From contig JAIOAT010000001.1 of assembly GCA_019873685.1 (NCBI GenBank), forward strand, positions 100,419-164,418: DNA of 64,000 nt, written 5' to 3'. Under the pieces are notes generated by a model. The model made no database searches. It was not told where the DNA came from and saw nothing but the letters and a program-made list of their open reading frames with translations. Of the stretch, positions 1 through 8,629 are shown in pieces (position 1 is the first letter of the stretch; every line of letters begins with the position of its first letter). Origin of the DNA: Chloroflexota bacterium. GTDB lineage: Bacteria; Chloroflexota; Anaerolineae; Aggregatilineales; Ch27. The translations under genes and the position numbers were made by a program.

Positions 1-1095
1 CCACAGCGGATCGAGGTTGGGCAGGCCAGTGAGCGTGCCCTGTTGCCAGTCCAGCCACCAGAAGTCGACGCCGCGGGCTTCTTCCGGATGGTGTAGCACT
101 TCGAAATAGGCACGGGCAAACTGCGGGTCGGCGATGTCAAAGGGGATCGGTTTCTTGCTGGCGGGATCGACGCCCATGCGCCGGGCCATCTCGGTGTAGC
201 GCTCCTCATGAGGGTGGATGCCTTCTGCGGGGTGGAGATTCAACGCGGTGCGCAGGCCCTTGCTATGCATGAAGCGCAGGAACCGATCCGGGTCGGGGAA
301 AAGCGCCCGGTTCCAGGTGTAGCCCGTCCAGCCGCTACATTGATTGCCGGTGTCCGTGATGTGCCAGTCCATGTCAACGACACAGACAGAGAGGGGAACC
401 TGGTGATGCTGGAAGTCCTCGATCAGAGCTGTGAGTTCATCTTCTGTGTACGCCCAGTAACGGCTCCACCAGTTGCCCAGCGCCCAGCGCGGGATCAGCG
501 GCGACGAGCCGGTGACCAGGGCGTAGTCCCGCAGGCAGGCTGAGTAATCGTGCCCGTAACCGAAGAAATAGAGATCCCGTGCTTCAGGAGCAGCCTGACG
601 AACTTCCAGCCAGCCTGATTCATTGAAAACCAGCGATTCCGAATCATCGACGACCGCCCAGCCGGAGCGTGATATCAGACCGGGATCGAGATGCGTTGGA
701 CCGTTGATGTCATCAAGCGTGCGGATGGTGCCGCCCAGATTGTGCCGGTCGTCGTCCCCGTAGCGCCAGGTTACCCCTGTCGACTTGAGCGTGATGTGCA
801 GGGTATCTGGCGCGAACCCCCGCGGCGTGATGACATAGTGCAATTGCAGATAGGCGGTCTCCAGGGTGATTTGACCTGCCTCAACGATGGCTGTAAAAGG
901 AGGAACCGGTTGTTGGCGGTACCAGAAGACCTGGCTGGGCCGATCCTCGAAGCGCTCAGCCGGGTCATACTCCAGGCGGAGAACCCGTTCCGTCAGCGCC
1001 GTGAAACGGACGCCCGGACCCAGCACTACGGCTGCAGGATCCGCCGCCGGGCGGGCGTCAATCCGGAAGTGTTCAGGAACTACGTTTTCACTCAT
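1..1095 (-). CDS. Glycoside hydrolase family 31-like enzyme (alpha-glucosidase/alpha-xylosidase type), N-terminal 365 aa; 3' end lies beyond the window start
   Basis: Absent from the ORF track because no stop codon falls inside the window. Manual reverse-strand translation from the ATG at 1095-1093 reads MSENVVPEHFRIDARP...SPLIPRWALGNWWSRYWAYTEDEL...PLSVCVVDMDWH...GVDFWWLDWQQG with no stop down to position 1. I associate these motifs with the GH31 catalytic core. Plus-strand ORFs 208-543, 691-1113 and 887-1147 are antisense shadows. Confidence 0.6.
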   Translation of the reverse strand, partial: MSENVVPEHFRIDARPAADPAAVVLGPGVRFTALTERVLRLEYDPAERFEDRPSQVFWYRQQPVPPFTAIVEAGQITLETAYLQLHYVITPRGFAPDTLHITLKSTGVTWRYGDDDRHNLGGTIRTLDDINGPTHLDPGLISRSGWAVVDDSESLVFNESGWLEVRQAAPEARDLYFFGYGHDYSACLRDYALVTGSSPLIPRWALGNWWSRYWAYTEDELTALIEDFQHHQVPLSVCVVDMDWHITDTGNQCSGWTGYTWNRALFPDPDRFLRFMHSKGLRTALNLHPAEGIHPHEERYTEMARRMGVDPASKKPIPFDIADPQFARAYFEVLHHPEEARGVDFWWLDWQQGTLTGLPNLDPLW

Positions 1096-1213
1096 CGGGT
1101 GTCTGTTCCTTGAGCAGGTGAAGAGAAAAAACACACGGGGCGCATGAAAGCAGCGGCAGGGCGGACGAGTCCGTTTTGGGACACAGCCCCTGCCAGCCCA
1201 TGCGCGAATCAGT

Positions 1214-2419
1214 TCAACTATCCGCGGTGCGCTTTTGCCAGGTCACATGCTGAGTGCCGCGCGCCCAGCGCCACAGTCCGACCAGGGCGGCCAGGTTGGA
1301 ACTGACGAAGAAGTAGATGACATTGAGCACGCGGTAATGCTTGCCACGCCGTTCCGCAAGCCAACCTGCCACCGCCAGGCCATAGAAGGCCAGCTGACCC
1401 AGCAGGATCAACCCTCCCCACCAGCCGCGCAACAACAGGATGTCCCCCAGAATGTTGCCAGTTGTTGGCTGGCTTAGGAGGACAGCGAACAGGTTGGCCA
1501 GGAGGATGAGCAGCATCAAGACCGGCGTGAGCGGGCGCAACAGCTTATGGGAGAACAACCGGAAAGCGAGTTCCGGGGTGGGGGCTTTGAGATACCCGGC
1601 GGAAAACAGCGCCTGATACCGCCCGGCGTTGATGCGCACCCGCCGGTTGAATTCATCGCGCATGGTTGCGCTGGCGTCGTCGTAGCTGATGGCGTCTGGC
1701 TCGTAGACAACGCGATAGCCCTGCCGCAGGACTTCCATCGCGATGCTGAATTCGTCATTGATGATCTCGGTGCGCAATGGCCGGTACAAGGCCCGTCGGA
1801 TGGCGAACATGTTGCCGTGAACGGCCACTGTGCTGCCGGTCTTGCTTTCCCAGCGGCGCAGGGCGGCCTCATAACGCCAGTACAGACCGGCGGGCTTGGC
1901 AACGGCAGTGGTGGCATCCCAGACCGCCAGTGTCCCCACCACAACGCCAACGGTGGGATCAGCAAATCGTCGGGCCAGAATGCGTAAACTCTCGGATTCG
2001 TAGCTCGGCGAGGCGTCGCTCAAGACCACAATCTCGCCGGTGGCGTGGGCAAAGCCCGTATTGACGGCGGCCATCTTCCCCCCACGAACCGGTTGCTCGA
2101 TCAGAGTGACGCCGCGCGCAGCGAATTCCCGCACGATGTCCGGGGTGCCATCGGAGCTGCCATCGTCGACGACCAGAATCTGCAGCCTGTCTCGTGGATA
2201 ATTCAGTGTAAGGCTGTTGTTGAGTTTGCGGCGGATAACATCAGCCTCGTTATGGGCCGGGATCAGCAGGGTAAGGGTTGGCAGGCTGTCAGGGGCGGCT
2301 ACTGACGGACTTGGTTTGCCCCGCGCCCGTAGGTACATGAGCAGCGGATAGCCGAAGTAGGTCCACAGGAAGGCGGCTACGCAGATCCAGAAGACAAATG
2401 CGAGAATGGGCAGGATCAC
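1214..2419 (-). CDS. Membrane-embedded family 2 glycosyltransferase, processive-synthase-like (PgaC/IcaA/YdaM-like), no PilZ domain
   Basis: 401 aa. N-terminal TM helix, GT-A motifs (LLIPAHNE, ILVVDDGSSDGT, VVLSDASP, INDEFS), then about four C-terminal TM helices. Confidence 0.8.
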   Translation of the reverse strand: MILPILAFVFWICVAAFLWTYFGYPLLMYLRARGKPSPSVAAPDSLPTLTLLIPAHNEADVIRRKLNNSLTLNYPRDRLQILVVDDGSSDGTPDIVREFAARGVTLIEQPVRGGKMAAVNTGFAHATGEIVVLSDASPSYESESLRILARRFADPTVGVVVGTLAVWDATTAVAKPAGLYWRYEAALRRWESKTGSTVAVHGNMFAIRRALYRPLRTEIINDEFSIAMEVLRQGYRVVYEPDAISYDDASATMRDEFNRRVRINAGRYQALFSAGYLKAPTPELAFRLFSHKLLRPLTPVLMLLILLANLFAVLLSQPTTGNILGDILLLRGWWGGLILLGQLAFYGLAVAGWLAERRGKHYRVLNVIYFFVSSNLAALVGLWRWARGTQHVTWQKRTADS

Positions 2420-2443
2420 AAGTCTCTCACCGGGAATGAGTTT

Positions 2444-4135
2444 TCAGCGCGCACCTTGCCGCTTGAGCACTTGCCCAATTGTACGCAGTATGATCTGTAT
2501 GTCCAATGCCAAGCTGATCTTGTCAATATATAGCATGTCCCAGCGCAGCCAATCGTCGAAGTCGGTGCTGCCACGCGCCCCAATCTGCCACAGGCCGGTG
2601 ATCCCGGGGCGGACCGTCAGGCGTTCGGTGTGCAACAGGGTGTAGCTATCCAGACCCCAGCTGGTGGGCCTGGGGCCAACGATACTCATGTCGCCGCGCA
2701 GCACGTTGAATATCTGCGGCAGTTCATCCAGGCTTGTCTTGCGGAGGATGCGGCCTACCCGCGTCACACGAGGGTCACGGGCGAGTTTGAGCGGCTCGGC
2801 CAGTTTGCCATCCGGGCCAAGCTTGGCCAGCCCCTGAGCGGCCAGTTCCTTGAGTTTCTCTTCAGCATCAGGAACCATGGTGCGGAATTTGTACATCTTA
2901 AAACGCCGGCCACCCAGCCCGGTGCGCTGTTGCACAAAGAAGATCGGGCGACCGCCATCGAGGTAGACAAGCAGCATCAGGACAAGCATCAGCGGCACGG
3001 TTACCGGCATGCTGATGACCACCAGGGTGATGTCGATCAGGCGCTTGAGCACCATGTACACCAGACGGGCGCTGGCGCTCTGGTAGGGCAGCTCGTTAAC
3101 CCAAAAATCGGGATCGTTGGGATGCTGGCTGCCTGAAGAGGAGGGACGCGGCTGGTCGGCATAGTCTGTCGGCAGAGGCTGCAGGAGTTGCCTGATCCAG
3201 GAGACGGGGTGTATAGCGCTGGCGGAACGCTTTGTAGCAGTCTCCGCGGGAGTCTTCCTGGGTGGGGCCACCGCTGGAATCGTTTGGTCGCTCTTCGCCC
3301 CGTCCTGCGGCGGACGCCGCTGATCCTCGGTCTGCAAAGGGATGGGGTGCAGTAGTGCTGCATCCAGGAGATCACGATAGATCAGGCCATCCTCCGGGAA
3401 GGCAGCGACGCCTACGGCGATTTCCAGGCCTAGGCGCATCTTGATCAGCGTATGAATCTGACGCGCCAGGCGGGTCGCCTGCTCACGGTCAGTTTCCGGC
3501 AGGCAGATCACCAGGTTATCGCCGCTCCAGGCGATGGTGTCGCTGCGGTAGATGGCCGACATGGCGATCTGGGCGATGCGTACCTTGAGGTAACGCTTCT
3601 GGAAGGCTGCCTCCAGATTGAAGCGATCGGTGATGTGCTCCTGCATCTCTTCAAGCCACTCTATCCGCAGGGCGACAAACCCAACGGGGCGATCGAAGCG
3701 GCGGGCGCGGAACAGCTCATTGTTGATCTTCTCCTCTCCCTCAGCCTCGGAGAGCACGCTTGACTTTTCCGGGGCAAGCAGCACGTTCTCAATGGCCTTC
3801 TCAATGTTGGCTGTGGCCAGGGAGATAACGCGGGCTACTGAGACGGTCAGGATCAGGACGACTACTTCGGTAATGATCAACGGCAGCGGGGTATCCGGGT
3901 GACCAATGGTCACTTTGGCAATGCCGTACAGGATCAGCGTGGGGATCAATACGTACTCTGAACGCTTGCCCAGGTCTGGCAGAGCTAGAATGGTCACAGC
4001 GACCATGGCGGCGATGACGTAGACAAAGGAGTCCAGGTCGATGTTGCCGAAATCCTGAATGTCTGGCCGTTCCAGGTTGAAGAGAATCACCAGCCAGATT
4101 GTCAGACCAATGAGCAAGAGTCGGAACCTAGCCAT
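2444..4135 (-). CDS. Fusion protein: 4 TM helices + degenerate GGDEF-like domain + bacterial sugar (phosphoglycosyl) transferase domain (WbaP/PglC-type priming enzyme)
   Basis: 563 aa. The N-terminus has 4 hydrophobic helices. The middle region aligns to a GGDEF domain ([17 protein letters not shown]...[31 protein letters not shown]...[12 protein letters not shown]), with SGDNL in place of GGDEF and the metal-binding DxD lost. A Pro-rich linker follows. The C-terminus carries Bac_transf motifs (KRLIDI..., [64 protein letters not shown]). Confidence 0.8.
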   Translation of the reverse strand: MARFRLLLIGLTIWLVILFNLERPDIQDFGNIDLDSFVYVIAAMVAVTILALPDLGKRSEYVLIPTLILYGIAKVTIGHPDTPLPLIITEVVVLILTVSVARVISLATANIEKAIENVLLAPEKSSVLSEAEGEEKINNELFRARRFDRPVGFVALRIEWLEEMQEHITDRFNLEAAFQKRYLKVRIAQIAMSAIYRSDTIAWSGDNLVICLPETDREQATRLARQIHTLIKMRLGLEIAVGVAAFPEDGLIYRDLLDAALLHPIPLQTEDQRRPPQDGAKSDQTIPAVAPPRKTPAETATKRSASAIHPVSWIRQLLQPLPTDYADQPRPSSSGSQHPNDPDFWVNELPYQSASARLVYMVLKRLIDITLVVISMPVTVPLMLVLMLLVYLDGGRPIFFVQQRTGLGGRRFKMYKFRTMVPDAEEKLKELAAQGLAKLGPDGKLAEPLKLARDPRVTRVGRILRKTSLDELPQIFNVLRGDMSIVGPRPTSWGLDSYTLLHTERLTVRPGITGLWQIGARGSTDFDDWLRWDMLYIDKISLALDIQIILRTIGQVLKRQGAR

Positions 4136-4368
4136 GTGTTTGAACCCTTCTACCGTTACATCTGATCCGCAGTCGTTCCTGCGCGAGCGCAGGACGTGTT
4201 TGCCTGAAGGTTGGAGTAGGCTTGTGTGCTGGCGGGAATGACGATGGCAGGAGATGCCTTTAATTTATCCTAGCAATTTTCCGCTTACGGCGCTGTGAAT
4301 TTTTCCTAAAATTACCGGTTATATCGAGTCATGCTGGCGCCAGAATGCTATAATGCAACAGGATGCTC

Positions 4369-5481
4369 TTAATCCAGCGTCTTATTGATCTTTACCATCC
4401 ATGATGTCATGATGCGGTAAAACGCCGGGTTGACGATGTAGCGTTGAACCGGCACCCGCCAGGCTGTTCGCCGACCGCTGAAAGCTTGTTGCAGGGCTTG
4501 CAGGCTTTCCAGCCATTTCTGTAGTAGGAAGCGGCCTTCATACAGTGCCAGGAGCACGGGGTCGGCCAGACCGCCGGCAAAGTAGCCAGCCAGGAAAGCC
4601 TGACTGAGCATGTCGATCATCCCTGGTGTAGGAAAGGTTGCCAGCGAGAGAAGACGCGCCCGTCGGCTTCTGAGATCGGCGACCAGCTTACCCAGATCGT
4701 AGTAGGGACTGTCCAGTCGATCAAGCGCCGTATCCATGCTTACAACGCTCTGGTCGGGGAGCAGGAAGAAGTTGCGTGCATGCAGGTCTCCATGCACCCA
4801 GACATAGTGGTTATCGTTCACCTGCTGCAGGGCGGCGAGGGTTGGTTGCCAGAGCGGCCAGCTTTCCAGTTCCACACCCCAGGCGCGGAGTTGCCGGACA
4901 TGTTCCAGCAGAATGGCCAGGCTATCCACCGGACCAAAGCAACGGTCGGCTGGCGCATCGTCAACGGGCAGTTCGTGTAACCAGCGCAGCCACTTGCCGC
5001 AACGTTGTAGCATGGACATCGCTTCGTTCATACCCTGGCGGCTGAGCAAATGGCGCGGCGACAGGTTGTTGTCATATAATGGCTGGCCAGGGACGAAGTC
5101 CATGATCAGAGCGTTGATATCCGGAAGATAGGCTTCCGGGTAGACTGCCCGCAGGTGCGGATCATCCTGTTGGAGGAAATGCTGGTAGACCCGCAGCAGA
5201 CTTTCATACTCGCGCTGGCCGCGAATCAGCAATTCCTCGGACTGATAAGAGACCGCTGCTGTGGCCTGGTCAGGGAAGCGCATGATCTTGACGACCAGAT
5301 GACGTTGTTGCTGCTCTGCCTCGAGGTTTAGGAAGTACAGTGTGCTCCACGGCTTCGGAACGACGGTCGGAGGGCGCTGTAACTGCCAGGGGGAGGAAAG
5401 GGGGTGCTTCTCGTTGAAATAATCAAGGACGGCGCTGACGATAGCTTCGGAGGAAAGAAATGTTTCAGGTTTGAATTTCAT
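4369..5481 (-). CDS. Aminoglycoside-phosphotransferase/protein-kinase-like fold phosphotransferase of unknown substrate
   Basis: 370 aa. Catalytic loop VWVHGDLHARNFFL (HxDxxxxN), followed by VVSMDTA. By eye the gene is less GC-rich than its neighbours and is flanked by AT-rich intergenic DNA. Confidence 0.6.
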   Translation of the reverse strand: MKFKPETFLSSEAIVSAVLDYFNEKHPLSSPWQLQRPPTVVPKPWSTLYFLNLEAEQQQRHLVVKIMRFPDQATAAVSYQSEELLIRGQREYESLLRVYQHFLQQDDPHLRAVYPEAYLPDINALIMDFVPGQPLYDNNLSPRHLLSRQGMNEAMSMLQRCGKWLRWLHELPVDDAPADRCFGPVDSLAILLEHVRQLRAWGVELESWPLWQPTLAALQQVNDNHYVWVHGDLHARNFFLLPDQSVVSMDTALDRLDSPYYDLGKLVADLRSRRARLLSLATFPTPGMIDMLSQAFLAGYFAGGLADPVLLALYEGRFLLQKWLESLQALQQAFSGRRTAWRVPVQRYIVNPAFYRIMTSWMVKINKTLD

Positions 5482-5587
5482 CTTTATAACCGTCTAATGC
5501 GATGTTTAATGTATAATATCGCCTGTTTTTCCGGATGAGTTAGTTTTTTCGTTTTTTGACTGGCCAAGCAAACAGAAGAGAGTTCCC

Positions 5588-6859
5588 ATGGAACTGCGCC
5601 AATATCTGCGTATTATACTGAGAAGCTGGTGGTTCATCATCCCATTGACGCTGATCGCCCTGACGGCGTCCCTGGTATTTAGCTACGCAACCACGCCGAT
5701 CTACCGGGCGACGTCCTCGTACGTGGCAGGCCTGGCCCCGGATGTTGGGACTACCTCTGATGCGATCATCTACGGTCTGGATACCCTGGCCGGTCGAGAG
5801 CGCATCTTCTCCACATACTGCGGTGTGCTCAACAGTCACAACGTGCGGCAGGACGCCTACCGTCTCATGGGGGTGAGCGATCCGACAGGGCTGGGCCTGG
5901 ACGACTATGTTGTCCAGTGCAACGTTTTGCCCGATTCCAACATCCTGTTGTTGATTGTAGAGGGTCCGGCTCCCACGCTGGTTGCTCGGCTGAACGAAGC
6001 GGTTGGGTTGGCCGGGATGGCCCAGACCAACCGTCTATACCGCCCGTTCCCGCTGGAACGGCTCGATCCGGTTGTGCTGGAGCCAGAGCCGGTTTCACCG
6101 AACTACGCACAGAATGCGGTGCTCGGCGCGGTGCTGGGTCTGGTGCTGGGGATCACGCTGGCCTTCGTGGTTGAGTACCTGCGCAGCCCGCTCGAGCGTA
6201 TCGAGGGACTGACCATTCGCGACGCGAAGCTTGGCGTGTACAACGAGCGTTACTTCCTGCGGCGGTTTGAGGAAGAGATCAAGCGGGCGCGGGTGCGCAA
6301 CCGTCCGATCAGTCTGGCCTTCACCCAGCTAGTACCGGATGAGGACTTCAACCTTCTGGAAGAACCTGTGCAGGACGCTCTGCTACGTCAGGCGGCGCTG
6401 TTCATGCAGGATTCGCTGCGAGAAGGTGACATTGTGGCCTATTTTGGCCAGCACGTCTTTGGCCTGTTATTCGCTGAGACACCGGGGGATGAAGCCAGAG
6501 CGATGCTGGTGAATATGCACTATGATATCCGGTCGCGCACCTTCCGGTTTGAGGATTTCAGCGCCAGTTTTGAGGCTAAGTCTGGTGTTGTGGAGAGCAG
6601 CGGTGGGCTGCTGGGCACGCAGGCGATGATGGACAAGGCGGCTGAGGCGCTAAGAGATGCGGAGCTGGCCGGGGAGAATGCCATCCAACTCATTCGTACA
6701 TCGCCAGCACCGTTCATCCAGGGCGATGTCACCGGTACGGCGGCACCCACGCTGGCGTTTGATGCTTCTCCGCTGGATGACACCCTGGGAACAACCTGGA
6801 GTACAGGGAATCAGCCCCCTGTCTTTGATTCGGAACTTGAGCTACGGGAAGATCAGTAA
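5588..6859 (+). CDS. Polysaccharide co-polymerase (Wzz/PCP-like, two TM helices) fused to a degenerate GGDEF-like domain with an intact RxxD I-site
   Basis: 423 aa. Wzz-type N-terminus (MELRQYLRIILRSWWFIIPLTLIALTASLVFSYATTPIYRATSS), second TM AVLGAVLGLVLGITLAFVVEYL, then a GGDEF-like fold (LGVYNERYFLRRFEEEIKRARVRNRPISLAF...). LREGDIVAYFGQHVFGLLFAET aligns to lRxxDxvaRyGGDEFxxLlpeT, giving RxxD = REGD (nt 6419-6430) and A-site = GQHVF (nt 6446-6460). Confidence 0.75.
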   Translation: MELRQYLRIILRSWWFIIPLTLIALTASLVFSYATTPIYRATSSYVAGLAPDVGTTSDAIIYGLDTLAGRERIFSTYCGVLNSHNVRQDAYRLMGVSDPTGLGLDDYVVQCNVLPDSNILLLIVEGPAPTLVARLNEAVGLAGMAQTNRLYRPFPLERLDPVVLEPEPVSPNYAQNAVLGAVLGLVLGITLAFVVEYLRSPLERIEGLTIRDAKLGVYNERYFLRRFEEEIKRARVRNRPISLAFTQLVPDEDFNLLEEPVQDALLRQAALFMQDSLREGDIVAYFGQHVFGLLFAETPGDEARAMLVNMHYDIRSRTFRFEDFSASFEAKSGVVESSGGLLGTQAMMDKAAEALRDAELAGENAIQLIRTSPAPFIQGDVTGTAAPTLAFDASPLDDTLGTTWSTGNQPPVFDSELELREDQ

Positions 6860-8555
6860 TGGCTGATCGCGTGTTAGTCAGTCCTGGAAAGGATATCTGG
6901 CAGCGGCTGGATGACCGCCGAGTGCGCTACCGGTTGCTGGTAGCCGGCTTTGCGCTGCTGATGATCACCGTGGCGCTCATTGGCGGCTTTGTGATCGGCA
7001 CAACCGGCTATGGCTATGCGGTACTTTTCGGAGTCATCGGGGTGGTTGTGGCGGTGCTTGTTGCCGTACGGCCGGTGCTCGGTGTGTACATCCTGACCGT
7101 CAACGTGTATCTCAACCTGTCTGATCTTCTGGAAGTCAACCTGGGTATTCCCAGCGCGAATAAGTGGCTGGTTGCCCTGATCTTCGTGGGTGTGGTTGCC
7201 AACCATATCGTGTTGTATCGGCGTCCACTGGCCCTGGGCAGAGCACAATGGATTATCATCATTTACGGCGTTCTTCTGTTGATCGGGGCGTTGCAGGCTG
7301 AGGAACAATCTGTGGCGGTTGCCCAGTTCACTGACTGGGTGAAGGATTTTGTCATCCTGTTTATCGTCGTGCAGGTGACTACCAACGCTCGAGTCTGGAC
7401 GCGCATGCAATGGCTGCTGATTCTTTCGGCAGGATTAGTGGCGGCGTTGAGCGTCTACCAGATAGTCACCAACGATGTGAGCAATACCTTCTGGGGGCTG
7501 GCCAAGGCGCCGGTGCATCAGATTACCAGCGGGTTTGACAGTACCCGGGTGACCGGCCCGCTGGATGATCCTAACTTCTACGCCCAGATTTTGTTGATGG
7601 TTTTTCCGCTAGCTCTGTATCGATTTCTTGAGGAACGCCACCTTACCCTCCGCGTACTGGGTGGCGTGGCGGCGGCATTGATCGCGGCTGCGGCGATTTT
7701 CACATATTCACGTGGTGCGCTGTTCTCCCTGGCGGTTGTTGGAATACTGGTCACCCGTGAGCGACGGTGGAATCCCTACAAGGCTGCCGTGTACTGGGTG
7801 GCGTGGCGGCGGCATTGATCGCGGCTGCGGCGATTTTCACCTATTCGCGCGGTGCGCTGTTCTCCCTGGCGGTTGTTGGAATACTGGTCACCCGTGAGCG
7901 ACGGTGGAATCCCTACAAGGCTGCCGTGATCGCTGTTGCAGTTGTGGTTGTGCTGGTGGCCATCTTTCCGGTGGGATACTGGGAACGCTTTGTGCAGTTG
8001 CGCGACCTGTTTGTGTCGGATGCGGAGTTGCAGACAGAACGCTCTCTGCGCGGGCGCACAAGCGAAATGATCATCGCCTGGCAGATGTTCCTGGATCACC
8101 CGCTGTTGGGGGTCGGGCCGGGGAACTACGATAAGAACTACCTTAACTATTCATTCCTGCTGGGTATCGACAGCCGGCTGCAGGAACGGCAGGCGCATAG
8201 CTTGTACCTTGAGACGGCGGCGGAGCTAGGGGTGGTCGGCCTAGCAGTGTTGTTCGGCATAATCCTCAGCACGTTTGCCAGCCTGCGCAGCGCGAAGCGC
8301 ATGTTGAAGGCGAGCCATCGATCGGACCTGATACCCTGGGTGACCGGTCTGCAGTACGGTTTTACCTCTTATCTCATCACCAGCATCTTCCTGCATGGTG
8401 ACTACATTCGATATTTCTGGCTTCTGCTGGCTTTTGCTCTTTCCAGCGAAGGGATAGCGCGGTCGTTGCTGCAACAATACCGTGCGCGGAGGGAGCGCGA
8501 GGCGGCGGGGAACCAGAATCTGTTTGTCTTGCGAGAGACGGTACGGATTTCGTGA
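6859..8555 (+). pseudogene. Wzy/O-antigen-ligase family polymerase gene split by a 137-bp tandem duplication (track fragments 6859-7818 and 7767-8555)
   Basis: About 10 TM helices. Wzy_C-like motifs IFTYSRGALFSLAVVG and AHSLYLETAAELGVVGL. Both fragments encode the identical peptide VLGGVAAALIAAAAIFTYSRGALFSLAVVGILVTRERRWNPYKAAV. Deleting one 137-bp copy leaves 1560 nt, a single 519-aa ORF. The start overlaps the upstream stop (TAATG). Confidence 0.8.
7654..7927 (+). repeat. Direct tandem duplication, 2 x 137 bp (copies 7654-7790 and 7791-7927), 3 mismatches
   Basis: Read directly. Copy 2 repeats copy 1 except at 7704/7841 (a/c), 7710/7847 (a/g) and 7713/7850 (t/c). 137 is not a multiple of 3, so the host ORF is frame-shifted. 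Confidence 0.95.
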
Positions 8556-8629
8556 GCGTTCGTTGTTGTGTCGGCCCGGGCGGTGAGCGATTAAGCTGCT
8601 GCCCCCAACTATAGATAGAGAAGAATTCG

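Noticed and set aside
2444-6859. The GGDEF-like domains as active diguanylate cyclases
   Set aside because: Both lack the GG(D/E)EF active site (SGDNL and GQHVF). The PGT-fused copy also lacks the upstream metal-binding acidic residues. A receptor or regulatory role is more plausible than catalysis.
7654-7927. Could the direct repeats (here and at 29332-29507) be a CRISPR array or minisatellite?
   Set aside because: Each has only two copies, directly abutting with no spacers, lying inside coding sequence and preserving the host protein sequence. I recognise no cas genes in the window.
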